34,462 nucleotides of DNA from Eledone cirrhosa (GCA_964016885.1 CAXHJY010000543.1:1-34462), one strand, 5' to 3'; shown: positions 1 through 11,959, numbered from the stretch's first letter. Made by a program: numbers and translations. Notes: a model not told the origin generated them from the sequence alone.

Positions 1-643
1 GCTTATAAATCCCAACCAACTTTCTCGTTATTAATCTGGTGTTTGGAACATAACTTAACAAGGGTTCTTATATAAAATTATTGTGGAAGATACTTAGATA
101 AATATAAACACTTTAAAATAAATAGTTTTGTATCACAGAACCAAGGGTATTTGGAACATAACTTAACAAAGGTACTTACATAAAATGATTGTGGAAGATA
201 CTTATAAATATAAACAGTTTTGTGTTTTAGAGCCAGGTGTGGTTTCAGGGGCTTATCAAAGGGGTTAACCCTCGAATCACATTTAAATTAGAATTTAGGG
301 ACCCTTTATAATAACCCAGTATTGTTGGTGGGGGACGATCTTGCCTTCTAGGGCCCCACGGTAGTAACCAGATGTTACTACTGGGATGGAATGAACTTAG
401 TTAAACCCCCCCCCCCCCAACCACCACCACCACCACCACTACCCCCCCCCCCCCCCCACCACCATCATCATCATCATCACCATGTCAACAAGCATTCATT
501 GAAAACAAATGAGGTTTTCATTGAAATAGCTGATTGTGTGCGTGTGTGTGTATCTGTATGTGTGTGTATAACTGATTGTGATGGTCAGATGTGTGTGTGT
601 GTATGTGTGACTGGTTGTGATGGACATATGTGTGTGTATATAT

Positions 644-675
<32 letters not shown>

Positions 676-691
676 GTATATACAACTAGCT

Positions 692-746
<55 letters not shown>

Positions 747-1793
747 CTAGGCATTTGACGTGATATTTGTACTCATGTCACATGTGCAGCAGGTGGTCAA
801 GAAGACATTTTATTAATGTCCCCACCCACCCCAAATCCACCCCAACCCCTACCCCAGCTCCAATCTCCAATCCCTAGCAAAACAAAAGAAGCTATCTACA
901 ACATGTCCATTTAACATCCTGTGTCGCTAAAGTTTCTTGCATTTCAATAGAAGGAAACCTTGATTTTAGCCGAGCAATTGTCGTTAACCTTTTAATAAAA
1001 ACATTTCTTTTAGGTCATCCAGCCATTGTTTATCGTATTCAACAAAAAGGCATTCAATAAATACTAAAAGCAAAGAAAAAAGAAGGGATTTATTAAGGGG
1101 GAGTACAAATCAATGTTGTTATAACAAGTGAAGAAAGGCCTGGACGTGGTGGTGGTGGTGGGGACGTTCTCTTGAGCACGAGGGAACCCATGTTTAGGGG
1201 TGACCACGTGTAGCCCAGTAAAAGATAGAATGGAGAAACAGAAAAAGCAAAAAGGAGACCCGTTGGAATAACCATTTCGATTCTGTTGACTCGTTCCTGC
1301 GAAAGACCAACTCCGCTCCGCTATTAGTGAGTAGAGATGAAGGTGGTCTGGAGGCCAAGAACACCAGAAATCTCCACTCTTACAGGTTCGACCACAACCA
1401 CAGATCTCTCAACTCTCCCCATCCGATGGGGAGATCTCCCACCCACTTTGAGGTGGGTGAGAGATGTCTTCTCTTGTGAAAATGGGTATAGCTTTCATTA
1501 TGTAAAATCTCCCCATTTTGCCTCATTTATCCCCGTTTTGGGGCACTTTTTTATGGTACTCCTTGTTTGGGTTTGTAGAGGTGGGCAGGTCTGACAACCT
1601 ATCAGAGAAAATCTCCACTGCTACAGGTTTCACCACAAACATCGGAGAATGATCGATATTTCCAGAGTCGGCCGCTTTTCGGCCTTACCAATCCGTAATT
1701 TTATTTAAAACCAAATAAATTTAAAATTCACAATTGTTTCTATAGAAAGTGAGAGAGAAGAAATGAGAAAGAGATATAGAGGAAGAATCGAAC

Positions 1794-2022
1794 CTAGTAC
1801 TAGACTGGTACTTTTTATCGACCTCAAAAGGATGAAAGGCAAAGTTGACCTATCTGAGTTGACCTATCTGAGATTCTAAAGATTCTGACAATTCGCTGCC
1901 TTATAAGATATTAATTGTTTCTACTTTAGGCACAAGGCCAGCAATTACCCAGTGCATTACTGGTACTTTATTTTATCGACCCCGTAAGGATGAAAGGCAA
2001 AGTCAACCTCGGCGGGATTTGG
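1794..2022 (-). mobile_element. SINE fragments (Meta/MESC-type core), two partial copies
   Basis: Reverse complement of AAATCCCGCCGAGGTTGACTTTGCCTTTCATCCTTACGGGGTCGATAAAATAAAGTACCAGT; matches 12045-12157. Confidence 0.7.
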
Positions 2023-2500
2023 GGACCACCCATGGAAAAGTGAAGTTAATCAGAGAGCATTTTCCTTTCCTAGGACAAAAAGTCCCAGGAACGGCAAAAT
2101 ATATAAGTACAAAACAGTACTATGACTGTATCACATTAATATTAAAGTCTTTACTTTAGTTTACTGTAAATTTTCACTACAATCTATTCACTAGTAAAGA
2201 TACTATAAACATTTGAGTTAAATAATTAAATAAAACCAAATTAGCAAAAGTACAAAACAATTCTATAACTACATCACATTAAATAGTAATGTATTTACTC
2301 TAATGCTGCGAATTTTTACAATGATTTGTTCAATAGTAGATATACTATAAACATTTGAGTTAGTAAACCACATCAAACCATATTAGCAAGTCATTATTAA
2401 AAAGTACAAAACAATACTATGACTGCATCACATTAAATATTAAAGTATTTACTTCGATTTACTGTAAATTTTCACCACAATCTCTCAACTAGTAAAGATA

Positions 2501-3320
2501 TTATTACGAAGGAGATTGTCAATCATCAACTGTAAATGGTATCACTTGAAATCAAAACACTGCTCCCTAGATCTACAAATGGTATGACTTGAAATCAAAA
2601 CACTGCTCCCTAGATCTACAAATGGTATGACTTGAAATCAAAACACTGCTCCCTAGATCTACAAATGGTATGACTTGAAATCAAAACACTGCTCCCTAGA
2701 TCTACAAATGGTATGACTTGAAATCAAAACACTGCTCCTTAGATCTACAAATGGTATCACTTGAAATCAAAACACTGCTCCCTAGATCTACAAATGGTAT
2801 CACTTGAAATCAAAACACTGCTCCCTAGATCTACAAATGGTATCACTTGAAATCAAAACACTGCTCCCTAGATCTACAAATGGTATGACTTGAAATCAAA
2901 ACACTGCTCCCTAGATCTACAAATGGTATGACTTGAAATCAAAACACTGCTCCTTAGATCTACAAATGGTATCACTTGAAATCAAAACACTGCTCCCTAG
3001 ATCTACAAATGGTATCACTTGAAATCAAAACACTGCTCCCTAGATCTACAAATGGTATCACTTGAAATCAAAACACTGCTCCCTAGATCTACAAATGGTA
3101 TGACTTGAAATCAAAACACTGCTCCCCAGATTTACAAAAGAAAGCTAGGAAAAATTAACAATAAATCACGTGATTGTTCGAGTTTTTTTTTTGTTTTTTT
3201 TTTCTCGCTTTCTTTTGTAGATCCGAGGAGCAGTGTTTAGATTTCAAGTGATACCATTTGTAGATCTGGGGAGAAGTGTTTTGATTTCAAGTGATACCAT
3301 TTACATCTCCTTCCTAACAA
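2501..3320. mobile_element. Non-autonomous TIR element with TA target-site duplication and asymmetric 43-bp subterminal arrays
   Basis: Ends TTATTACGAAGGAGAT / ATCTCCTTCCTAACAA. TA at 2499-2500 and 3321-3322 interrupts the host-repeat motif AAAGA-TA-CTATAAAC. About 14 copies of the 43-mer on the left and 2 inverted copies on the right. Confidence 0.8.
2532..3138. repeat. 43-bp tandem repeat, about 14 copies
   Basis: Unit CTACAAATGGTAT(G/C)ACTTGAAATCAAAACACTGCTCCCTAGAT; no spacers. Confidence 0.97.
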
Positions 3321-3636
3321 TACTATAAACATTTGAATTAATAAACTACATTAACAAGACATTCCTGAAAAGTACAAAACATCACCTTGACGACATCACA
3401 TTAAATATTAAAGTCTTTACTCTAACACTACAAAATTTCAAAATAATCTGTTCTCTAGTAAAGATACGATAAACCTATTTGAATTAACAAACGTATTGTT
3501 AGACAGTTTTTATGCTAAATCCTTACGGGATGTTAAAAGTTAAATTGTTATTTTAAAGATTCTCTAATATATGTGGTGTTACTCTTATTGGTTCAACATG
3601 CCGTTCAGGAAGCCAAACGGGTCACAGTTTGCTCCT

Positions 3637-3932
3637 GAGTAGTCACCAACCTTCTTTATACCACTGACCAGCTTCATGCCGGACAATCCTTCTGTGGACC
3701 GGTAGTTGTACATATCTGTTATTTAAGTGTATTTCAATAAAGAGAGCAAATAATAAAAATACCAATTTATTAAAGTAGATGAATATTAAATATTTAAACA
3801 AATCTTTTAAAATTAAAGTCTAAATATTCAATTTATCTATTATATAATTTTAAACAAGTTAATTATTTCTTTGCGGCCTGGTAGCCAATGATCCATGGAC
3901 CGGTCCGCAACTCAGGAGGTTGGGGACCTCTG
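3637..3932. mobile_element. hAT/Charlie (MER1-like) MITE remnant
   Basis: The right end GGTTGGGGACCTCTG and the degenerate left end GAGTAGTCACCAACC resemble Charlie TIRs (CAGNGGTCCCCAACC); subterminal GGACCGGT motifs; no recognisable TSD. Confidence 0.6.
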
Positions 3933-4275
3933 GGACAGTGGCTTTCTCTCTTTTATTAATAATTATGGATTACTAAATGCACAAATTAAAATTTATTAGT
4001 AATACAAATACATAAACCCGGAATTGTACATCAAAATAGACTCTTGGCAGGTGCAGTGTGTCCCAACACGGAAGAGTCGAACTCCCACCATCATCATCTC
4101 CATCTCTCTCGCCCTCCCCATCTCTCTCTCTATTATGAGCAAATGGGGTCCCACGTGCTGGCCGCCCCACAGCCCCTGCGGACAGGATGGAGAAGGTGTT
4201 TCCCCGGAGGATGGTAAGGGAGATGCGCTGGAAGAGACATTCCATCTCGGACGGTAAGGGATGAATCACCGAGAT

Positions 4276-5153
4276 GTGTGTGGGGTGTGGTGTGAAGGGC
4301 TGAATGTGTGTGGTGTGTGGTGTGTGGTGTGTGGTGTGTGGTGTGTGTGGTGTGTGTGTGGTGTGAATGTGAAGGGCTGGGTGTGTGTGTGGTGTGAATG
4401 TGAAGGGCTGGATGTGTGTGGTATGTGTGTGTGTATGTGTATGCGTGTGGTGTGTGTGTGGTGTGTGTATGTGTGTGTGGTGTGTGTGTATGTGTGAGGT
4501 GTGTGTGTGTGGCGTGTGTGTGTGAGGTGTGTGTGTTGTGAGGTATGTGTGTGGTGTGTGTGTATGTGTGTGGTGTGTGTTGTGGTGTGGTGCATGTGTG
4601 TGGTGTATGTATGTGTGTTGTGGTGTGTGTGTATGTATGTGTGTGTGTATGTGTGTGGTGTGTGTGTGTATGTATGTGTGGTGTGGTGTGTGGTGTGGTG
4701 TGTGTGTGTGGTGTATGTGTGTGTGTGGTGTATGTGTGTGTGTGTATGTGTGTGGTGTGTGTGTATGTGTGTGTGTGTGTATGTATGTGGTGTGTATGTA
4801 TGTGGTGTGTGTATGTATGTGTGTGTGTGTGTGGTGTGTGTGTATGTATGTGGTGTGTGGTGTGTATGTGTGTGGTGTATGTGTGTGGTGTGTGTGTGTA
4901 TGGTGTGTGTGTGTGGTGTGTATGTGTGTGTACTCTGGTTGTCTTACAAATTGTTCAGTGGTAATGTTGTAGATTGTTGTAACTGTTGTTGTTATTGTTA
5001 GTCATCTTGGTAGTAACTGTTGCTACAAGTAATATAGTAGTAGTGGTGGTGGTGGTGGTGGTAGTAGTAGTGGTAGTAGTGGTGTTAGTTACAGTGATGG
5101 TGATGTTGGTAGTAGTAGTAGTAGTAGTAGTAGCAGTGTTGGTAGTAGTAGTG

Positions 5154-5186
<33 letters not shown>

Positions 5187-5187
5187 T
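4276..5187. repeat. (GT)n/GGTGT low-complexity block followed by (GTA/GTG)n
   Basis: Direct inspection. Confidence 0.95.
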
Positions 5188-5529
5188 TTGGTGTTATTGT
5201 TCAGACCAAGGTCAACAGACTATCAAGGGACAAAAACTAAATGTCTACTAAGACCATCACATATGTTGTTATTTGACCCAGAAATGCCAAGAACTGCCCT
5301 TGGTTAGTCCATACGTATTTTACTAGTGTCACCTGAAAAGTTCATAGGCTGACTATGAAACATTCATGCTAAGGCTGTGAAATCTCGCATGCGTTAATTT
5401 CAACTATTTAAAAAAGTTTATTAGTGCATAGTTTCTTTCCAGGGACTGTGTTGAAAATTAAACCTCATTTCGTCGACCTATGAAACTTAGCCGAACCTCT
5501 TATATAAATATATATATTCTGTTATGTTA

Positions 5530-5586
<57 letters not shown>

Positions 5587-5590
<4 letters not shown>

Positions 5591-5787
5591 AACCAGTAAG
5601 ACCCCGACAGCTGAGCTCAAGCCGTTTCGATGGCTAATTCTCGGCTAATTCGACGGCGAATTAGCCGTCGAAACGGCTTGAGCTCAGCTGTCGGGGTCTT
5701 ACTGGTTCCTATTACCCACTCTACTACCTCAAGTATTGAGTACTTTGGTGCGTTATGGTCCACCTGGTTCCTTACCACATTTCCTTC

Positions 5788-5790
<3 letters not shown>
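5587..5790 (+). mobile_element. Family A fold-back element (half-hammerhead palindrome plus tail) in (TA)n
   Basis: About 54-bp inverted arms, GAAA-CGGCT-TGAGCTC-AGCTG-TC, about 78-nt tail; (TA)n on both sides; near-identical copies at 14296 and 15633. Confidence 0.8.
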
Positions 5791-5845
<55 letters not shown>

Positions 5846-6055
5846 TCCAGTTCCTCAGAGAAATAACAGCCTAACCAGGAACTGGACATATCAGAGTATT
5901 GACAATATCATACACTTCAACAACATATGTACTTGTCTATACCACACTAATTCAAACTGCCTGAAGAGGTCACAGCCAAAGATGGCTGTCACTGAAATAT
6001 ATATAGCAGTAATAAACGAAGCTAAATTTTAAACATTTGACTTTTTATTTAACTT

Positions 6056-6171
<116 letters not shown>

Positions 6172-6185
6172 CATTACCATTGTAA

Positions 6186-6274
6186 GGGGTCTGACGAGCC
6201 GCGGGTTACAGAGTCGGGTCAGATCGATACAGATTGAACCTTGAGCCGATCAGTGGCGAGACGCGTCACCAACC
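6186..6274 (+). ncRNA. Type I hammerhead ribozyme with extended stem II (family E), one core substitution
   Basis: GGT-CTGACGA-GCCGC...GTGGC-GAGAC-GC-GTC-ACC then AATAAA. GAAA is changed to GAGA; palindromic ACGCGT stem III; the stem II insert resembles that at 17012-17100. Confidence 0.75.
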
Positions 6275-6323
6275 AATAAACGTAATGAAGGAGTAACCAA
6301 TTGTCCTTGTTATTTTATTTCCC

Positions 6324-6376
<53 letters not shown>

Positions 6377-6379
<3 letters not shown>

Positions 6380-6432
6380 ATATAGAAATGGCTTCTACAG
6401 GACTAGAACTGTTTCATTTGAAGGAAATCATA
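6377..6432 (-). mobile_element. Family B fragment truncated in the ribozyme core
   Basis: Minus strand ATGATTTCCTTCAAATGAAACAGTTCTAGTCCTGTAGAAGCCATTTCTATA between TA runs. Confidence 0.7.
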
Positions 6433-6636
6433 TATATTATGCTTTAGCTGGGTCGTGCAGCCAATAAAAACACTCGCACATGTTGGTTTTCACTTCTAGA
6501 GTTGTGGAATTGCATACATTAATTTCAACCCTTCTTATTAATAACTGTATTGTTTCTTTCCAGGGACTATGTTGAAAAATAAACCTTATTTAGTTATTCC
6601 TTGAGAGTATCTGGGTCAACCTATAAACTTTTCAGC

Positions 6637-7823
6637 CACCTATTCCTGAGAGGGTCGTGGTGGCAGAGTCCTCAAACATTCCTTCCAGAGGGTCCTGTCA
6701 GAAGCAACCATCTCTAATTGATCTGGCTGGACTTCACAAACGAGACCAGCTGTGATTCTTTCCTGAGACATTCTAACCACATGTCTATAGTATCAGAGCT
6801 GTGATCTCTCAATTCTGTCCAGTGATTCTTTCCTGAGACATTCTAACCACATGTCTATAGTATCAGAGCTGTGATCTCTCAATTCTGTCCAGTGATTCTT
6901 TCCCGAGACATTCTAACCACATGTCTATAGTATCAGAGTTGTGATCTCTCAATTCTGTCCAGTGATTCTTTCCTGAGACATTCTAACCACATGTCTATAG
7001 TATCAGAGCTGTGATCTCTCAATTCTGTCCAGTGATTCTTTCCCGAGACATTCTAACCACATGTCTATAGTATCAGAGTTGTGATCTCTCAATTCTGTCC
7101 AGTGATTCTTTCCCGAGACATTCTAACCACATGTCTATAGTATCAGAGCTGTGATCTCTCAATTCTGTCCAGTGATTCTTTCTCGAGACATTCTAACCAC
7201 ATGTCTATAGTATCAGAGTTGTGATCTCTCAATTCTGTCCAGTGATTCTTTCCTGAGACATTCTAACCACATGTCTATAGTATCAGAGCTGTGATCTCTC
7301 AATTCTGTCCAGTGATTCTTTCCCGAGACATTCTAACCACATGTCTATAGTATCAGAGTTGTGATCTCTCAATTCTGTCCAGTGATTCTTTCCTGAGACA
7401 TTCTAACCACATGTCTATAGTATCAGAGCTGTGATCTCTCAATTCTGTCCAGTGATTCTTTCCTGAGACATTCTAACCACATGTCTATAGTATCAGAGCT
7501 GTGATCTCTCAATTCTGTCCAGTGATTCTTTCCTGAGACATTCTAACCACATGTCTATAGTATCAGAGCTGTGATCTCTCAATTCTGTCCAGTGATTCTT
7601 TCCTGAGACATTCTAACCACATGTCTATAGTATCAGAGCTGTGATCTCTCAATTCTGTCCAGCAATTCTTTCCTGAGACACTCTAACCACATGTCCATAG
7701 TATCAGAGCTGTGATCTCTCAATTCAGAGAAGTAGCAGCTCTCCCTGAAGTAACTCTCTGATCTCCGAGCTACACACTTTATCAAGTAATGTTACTCCAA
7801 AGACCCTTTGGAGGAACCCCATT
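6637..7823 (-). mobile_element. RTE-clade (Expander/Rex3-like) LINE 3' fragment with internal tandem amplification
   Basis: The minus strand translates as MGFLQRVFGVTLLDKVCSSEIRELLQGELLLL*IERSQL*YY.HVVRMSQERI ... EVQPDQLEMVASDRTLWKECLRTLPPRPSQE*, matching the RTE ORF C-terminal motifs (FLRRV.G..L.D.V.S..IRE.L, IERSQLRW.GH..RM, DR..W...LPPRP). Confidence 0.85.
6752..7725. repeat. 70-bp minisatellite, about 14 near-identical copies, derived from LINE coding sequence
   Basis: Unit GTGATTCTTTCCTGAGACATTCTAACCACATGTCTATAGTATCAGAGCTGTGATCTCTCAATTCTGTCCA; period 6752 to 6822. Confidence 0.97.
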
Positions 7824-8011
7824 GAAGTAGAAGTAGGTCTGGACAGTGGCCGGCACGAAGAGGAAGTGGTTGGTCAAGTTATTTTATTTTTTATACACGT
7901 CCTTAAGGAAGTAGGGAGTGGTACGAGGGGTTTTGGCTGCTATTACTAACAGGTTGAGTGACCTTTCTATCCACCTCTTCGCTCCTGCTATATTTTTGTA
8001 TATATATATAT

Positions 8012-8906
8012 ATGGTGTAGGTAACTATGTATGTAGATATACATGGTGTATATATGTATGTAGGTATATATAAGTGTGTGTATATGTGTTGTGTAAGTAA
8101 CTATGTATGTAGATATACATGGTGTATATATGTATGTAGGTATATATAAGTGTGTGTATATGTGTTGTGTAAGTAACTATGTATGTATATATACATGGTG
8201 TATATATGTATGTAGGTATATATAAGTGTGTGTGTGTGTGTTGTGTAAGTAACTATGTATGTATATATACATGGTGTATATATGTATGTAGGTATATATA
8301 AGTGTGTGTATATGTGTTGTGTAAGTAACTATGTATGTATATATACATGGTGTATATATGTATGTAGGTATATATAAGTGTGTGTATATGTGTTGTGTAA
8401 GTAACTATGTATGTATATATACATGGTGTATATATGTATGTAGGTATATATAAGTGTGTGTGTGTGTGTTGTGTAAGTAACTATGTATGTATATATACAT
8501 GGTGTATATATGTATGTAGGTATATATAAGTGTGTGTATATGTGTTGTGTAAGTAACTATGTATGTATATATACATGGTGTATATATGTATGTAGGTATA
8601 TATAAGTGTGTGTATATGTGTTGTGTAAGTAACTATGTATGTATATATACATGGTGTATATATGTATGTAGGTATAGATAAGTGTGTGTATATGTGTTGT
8701 GTAAGTAACTATGTGTGTAGATATACATGGTGTATATATGTATGTAGGTATATATAAGTGTGTGTGTATGTGTTGTGTAAGTAACTATGTATGTATATAT
8801 ACATGGTGTATATATGTATGTAGGTATATATAAGTGTGTGTATATGTGTTGTGTAAGTAACTATGTATGTATATATACATGGTGTGTATATGTATGTAGG
8901 TATATA
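8012..8906. repeat. 76-bp minisatellite built from TA/TG microsatellite, about 11-12 copies
   Basis: Unit ATGGTGTATATATGTATGTAGGTATATATAAGTGTGTGTATATGTGTTGTGTAAGTAACTATGTATGTATATATAC; period 8043 to 8119. Confidence 0.95.
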
Positions 8907-8974
8907 TTGGGTCAAGTATGAAATTTGTAGAAAAAAAAAACAAATTTCTACAAATTTCATACTTGACGACCCAA
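8907..8974. mobile_element. Tiny palindromic MITE (mariner-like ends)
   Basis: TTGGGTCAAGTATGAAATTTGTAGAAA...TTTCTACAAATTTCATACTTGACGACCCAA; second copy at 16846-16922. Confidence 0.6.
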
Positions 8975-8994
8975 TGTTATTTCCATCTTCACCT

Positions 8995-8999
<5 letters not shown>

Positions 9000-9048
<49 letters not shown>

Positions 9049-9094
9049 TATATATACATTAAATATATATATATATATATTTAATGTATGTATA

Positions 9095-9127
<33 letters not shown>

Positions 9128-9462
9128 GGTGTGTATGTCTATGTAAGTATTTATAATCTTTGTGTGCTATTGTGTATCTGGGTATCTATGTGTGTGTGTG
9201 TGTATGTGTGTGTGTATGTGAATATCTGTGTGTATGTGGATATATGTGTATGTGTGTGTGTGTATGTAGATATATGTGTGTGTGTATATATGTGTGTGTG
9301 TGTATGTATGTGTATGTGTGGGTGTATGTGGATATATGTGTGTGTGTGTGTATATGTGTATGTGTATGTGGATATATGTGTATGTGTATGCGGATATATA
9401 TGTGTGTGTGTGTGTATATGTGTATGTGTATGTGTGTGTGTGTGTGTATATGTGTATGTGGA

Positions 9463-9493
<31 letters not shown>

Positions 9494-9499
9494 ATGTGG

Positions 9500-9541
<42 letters not shown>

Positions 9542-10710
9542 ATGTGTATGTGGATATGTGTGTGTGTGTGTGTATCAGATGGACGCTGATGGCAGAAATA
9601 AATAATTAAACAAATAAAATAAAACTGAAGGAAGGGAGGAGGTAGTATTGTGAACGAGTGGAGCAGTGAAGAAGGCGTTGACCACGTGGTAGAAGGGGAG
9701 GGTAGGTAATGGCTGAGAGAGAGTGTGAGTGAGAGAGAGAGTGTGAGTGAGAGAGTGAGAGTGAGAGAGAGAGTGAGTGAGATAGTGAGTGAGAGAGTGG
9801 GAGAGTGAGTGAGAGTGAGAGAGAGAGTGAGAGTGAGAGAGAGAGAGAGTGAGAGTGAGAGTGAGAGAGTGAGAGAGAGAGAGAGAGTGAGAGTGAGAGT
9901 GAGTGAGATAGAGTGATAGAGTGAATGAGAGAGAGTGAATGAGAGAGAGAGTGAGTGAATGAGAGAGAGAGTGAGTGAATGAGAGAGAGAGTGAGTGAAT
10001 GAGAGAGAGAGCGAGTGAATGAGAGAGAAAGTGAGTGAGAGAGAGAAGGTGAGAGAGTAGGAGATAGAAGAGAGAGAGAGAAGGGGAGAGTGAGAGAGTA
10101 GGAGATAGAAGGAAGAGAGAAGGGGGAGAGTGAGAGAAGGCGTGACAAGGAAATGTGTTTACGCGGTAAATTTGAAAAGTAAATGTGGGGTAGAGGAAGG
10201 TGGTATGTTATCAGCGCCACCACTACTACTACTACTACTACTACAATCACCACCACCACCACCACCACCACTATCCCACACCATCACCATCACCAATGAC
10301 CACTATTACTATGACCATCACCACCACCACCATCACCACTACAATCATCACCATCACCAATATCACTACTACCACTACTACCATCGCCAATACCACCATC
10401 ACCACCACCGCCAATATCCCTATCCCCAACACCATCACCACCACCACTACAGCTACCACTATCCCCACCGCTACCACCATCACTACTGCCACTATCCTCC
10501 CCCACCACCATCACTGCCACTATCACCACCACCACCACCATCACCACCACTGCCACTATCCCCATCACCACCACTGCCACTATCCCCACCACCACCACTG
10601 CCACTATCCTCACCACCACCGCCACTATTCCCCCCTACCACCATCACTACCACTGCCACTATCCCCACCACCACCATCACCACCACCGCCACTATTCCCC
10701 CCTACCACTA
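9000..10710. repeat. Consecutive microsatellite blocks: (TA/GT)n, (GA/GAGT)n, (CAC/CAT)n
   Basis: Direct inspection; these blocks account for the Val/Cys/His/Thr/Pro-rich ORFs. Confidence 0.95.
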
Positions 10711-11014
10711 CAAACATTTTTAAATGTCAAAATCAGTTGACCGAAAAAAAAACAGATTTTGTTTTGTTTTGTTTTACTTTAGGAATTCGAATTCGATAAA
10801 ATTTCTGTTTAAACCCTTTTAACACCAACCTGTCCCCTAAACTAACTCTATGATACAAAAAATAGCCCCACCCATTTTAAAGGGGTCCTATTTAACCCTT
10901 TTGGGATCAACGTGTCGCAAATTACTTCCATGATTAACCCCCTCGCCCCAGAACACTCATTTTAAAGGGGTCCTATTTAAATTGTCCGAGTCGTTATAAT
11001 AGAGTCAGATAAAA

Positions 11015-11145
11015 TTCTTTGAGCTCTTTGTTCAAATTCTCTACTCTCTCAGTTCAAATCCCACCGAGGTCAACTTTACCTTTCATCTATTCGAGGTTGA
11101 TAAAGTACCAGTCTAATACTGAGGTCGATTCTACCCCTATACCCC
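11015..11145 (+). mobile_element. SINE fragment (Meta/MESC-type core)
   Basis: B-box-like GTTCAAATCCC followed by CGAGGTCAACTTTACCTTTCATC...GATAAAGTACCAGT. Confidence 0.65.
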
Positions 11146-11557
11146 TTTCTCACTTCCATTCTCTCACTCTTTCTCTATCCTTCTCTGGAAGAAATCTGTT
11201 GTATTCAGTCCAGACCAGACCTCGAGAGAGATGTGGGCTCCACCAGGGTTTAAACAATACCCTAGAAACACCATATGTATATACGGAACCCCTACAACTT
11301 CCGAGGGAGTTAAGGGGTCATGGATACATTTAAATACAAACCTTTCAAAAATTTGACATAAGAACCTTTTGTTAAGTAATATTACGAAATATCTTAACTG
11401 CATGTAACAAAATATATGCTTTATTATATATATTTCGCAGGTACTGTATTGTTTTTTCAGTACGCCCTCGTCAGATAAAATATATGATTTAATATATGAC
11501 ATACCTCTACGGTCTTGATAGTTCAATTCCTGTATTGGTAGTTATATATATATATAT

Positions 11558-11760
11558 GTAGCTGAGTGGTTAGAGAACTGGATTCACAATCTTGAGAGTT
11601 CGATTCCTGGACCGGGCGATGCGTTATGTCCTTGGGCAAGACTCTTTATTTCACGTTGCTCTTTCTACCTGGAGTTGCGACCGATAGATAGTACTAGCAA
11701 CTTGAAAGACCAACGGAAACATTGTTTCCTCGGTCCGATTTGAGAAAAAGTCGATCGATC
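11558..11760 (+). mobile_element. tRNA-derived CORE-type SINE
   Basis: A-box TAGCTGAGTGG, B-box GTTCGATTCC, CORE-like TGTCCTTGGGCAAG; homologous to 17428-17620 (-) and 17258-17310 (-). Confidence 0.75.
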
Positions 11761-11790
11761 CTATATATATATATATATATTTATTAAAAT

Positions 11791-11850
11791 AACAGATTAA
11801 AGTTTAAGCAAAGAATCGCTGCTTTCACTCTTAACGGGATCTTCTGATAT
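11791..11850 (-). mobile_element. Family D fragment (degenerate hammerhead-like)
   Basis: Minus strand CAGAAGA-TCCCGTTAAGAGT-GAAA-GCAG-CGATTCT-TTGC-TT-AAACTTT; same sequence at 16481-16545; TA flanks. Confidence 0.5.
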
Positions 11851-11873
11851 TTATTTTAGTCCATTCTTATATA

Positions 11874-11959
<86 letters not shown>

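Larger units (their letters stand above)
2104..3492. repeat. Old ~145-150-bp degenerate tandem repeat (4 units, alternating two-unit structure), interrupted by the TIR element
   Basis: AAGTACAAAACA...ATCACATTAAATATTAAAGT...AGTAAAGATACTATAAACATTTGA recurs at about 2106, 2248, 2402 and 3370. Confidence 0.8.

Noticed and set aside
1-268. piggyBac-like MITE right end (AAAGGGG-TTAA) with a ~109-bp internal duplication; similar TTAACCC starts at about 10810-10940
   Set aside because: The partner terminus is not visible in the window, so the element cannot be supported beyond a suggestive end motif.
1337-1645. 85-aa ORF bracketed by a ~34-bp imperfect direct repeat (AAATCTCCACT..TACAGGTT..ACCACAA)
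   Set aside because: No recognisable protein, and no LTR hallmarks (TG..CA, PBS, PPT); probably a decayed repeat.
2532-3138. 43-bp array (and the 70-, 76- and 26-bp arrays) as possible CRISPR arrays
   Set aside because: Units are head-to-tail with no unique spacers, there are no cas genes, and the context is eukaryotic.
5617-6032. Recurrent ORFs such as MVRNQVDHNAPKYSIL... and MSTLVRYGPPGSLPHFL... as a small gene family
   Set aside because: They are chance frames through family A elements that run into (TA)n; the conservation is explained by repeat identity and RNA structure.
11558-11620. tRNA gene
   Set aside because: A and B boxes are present but there is no complete cloverleaf, and the sequence continues into a SINE core with other copies in the window.
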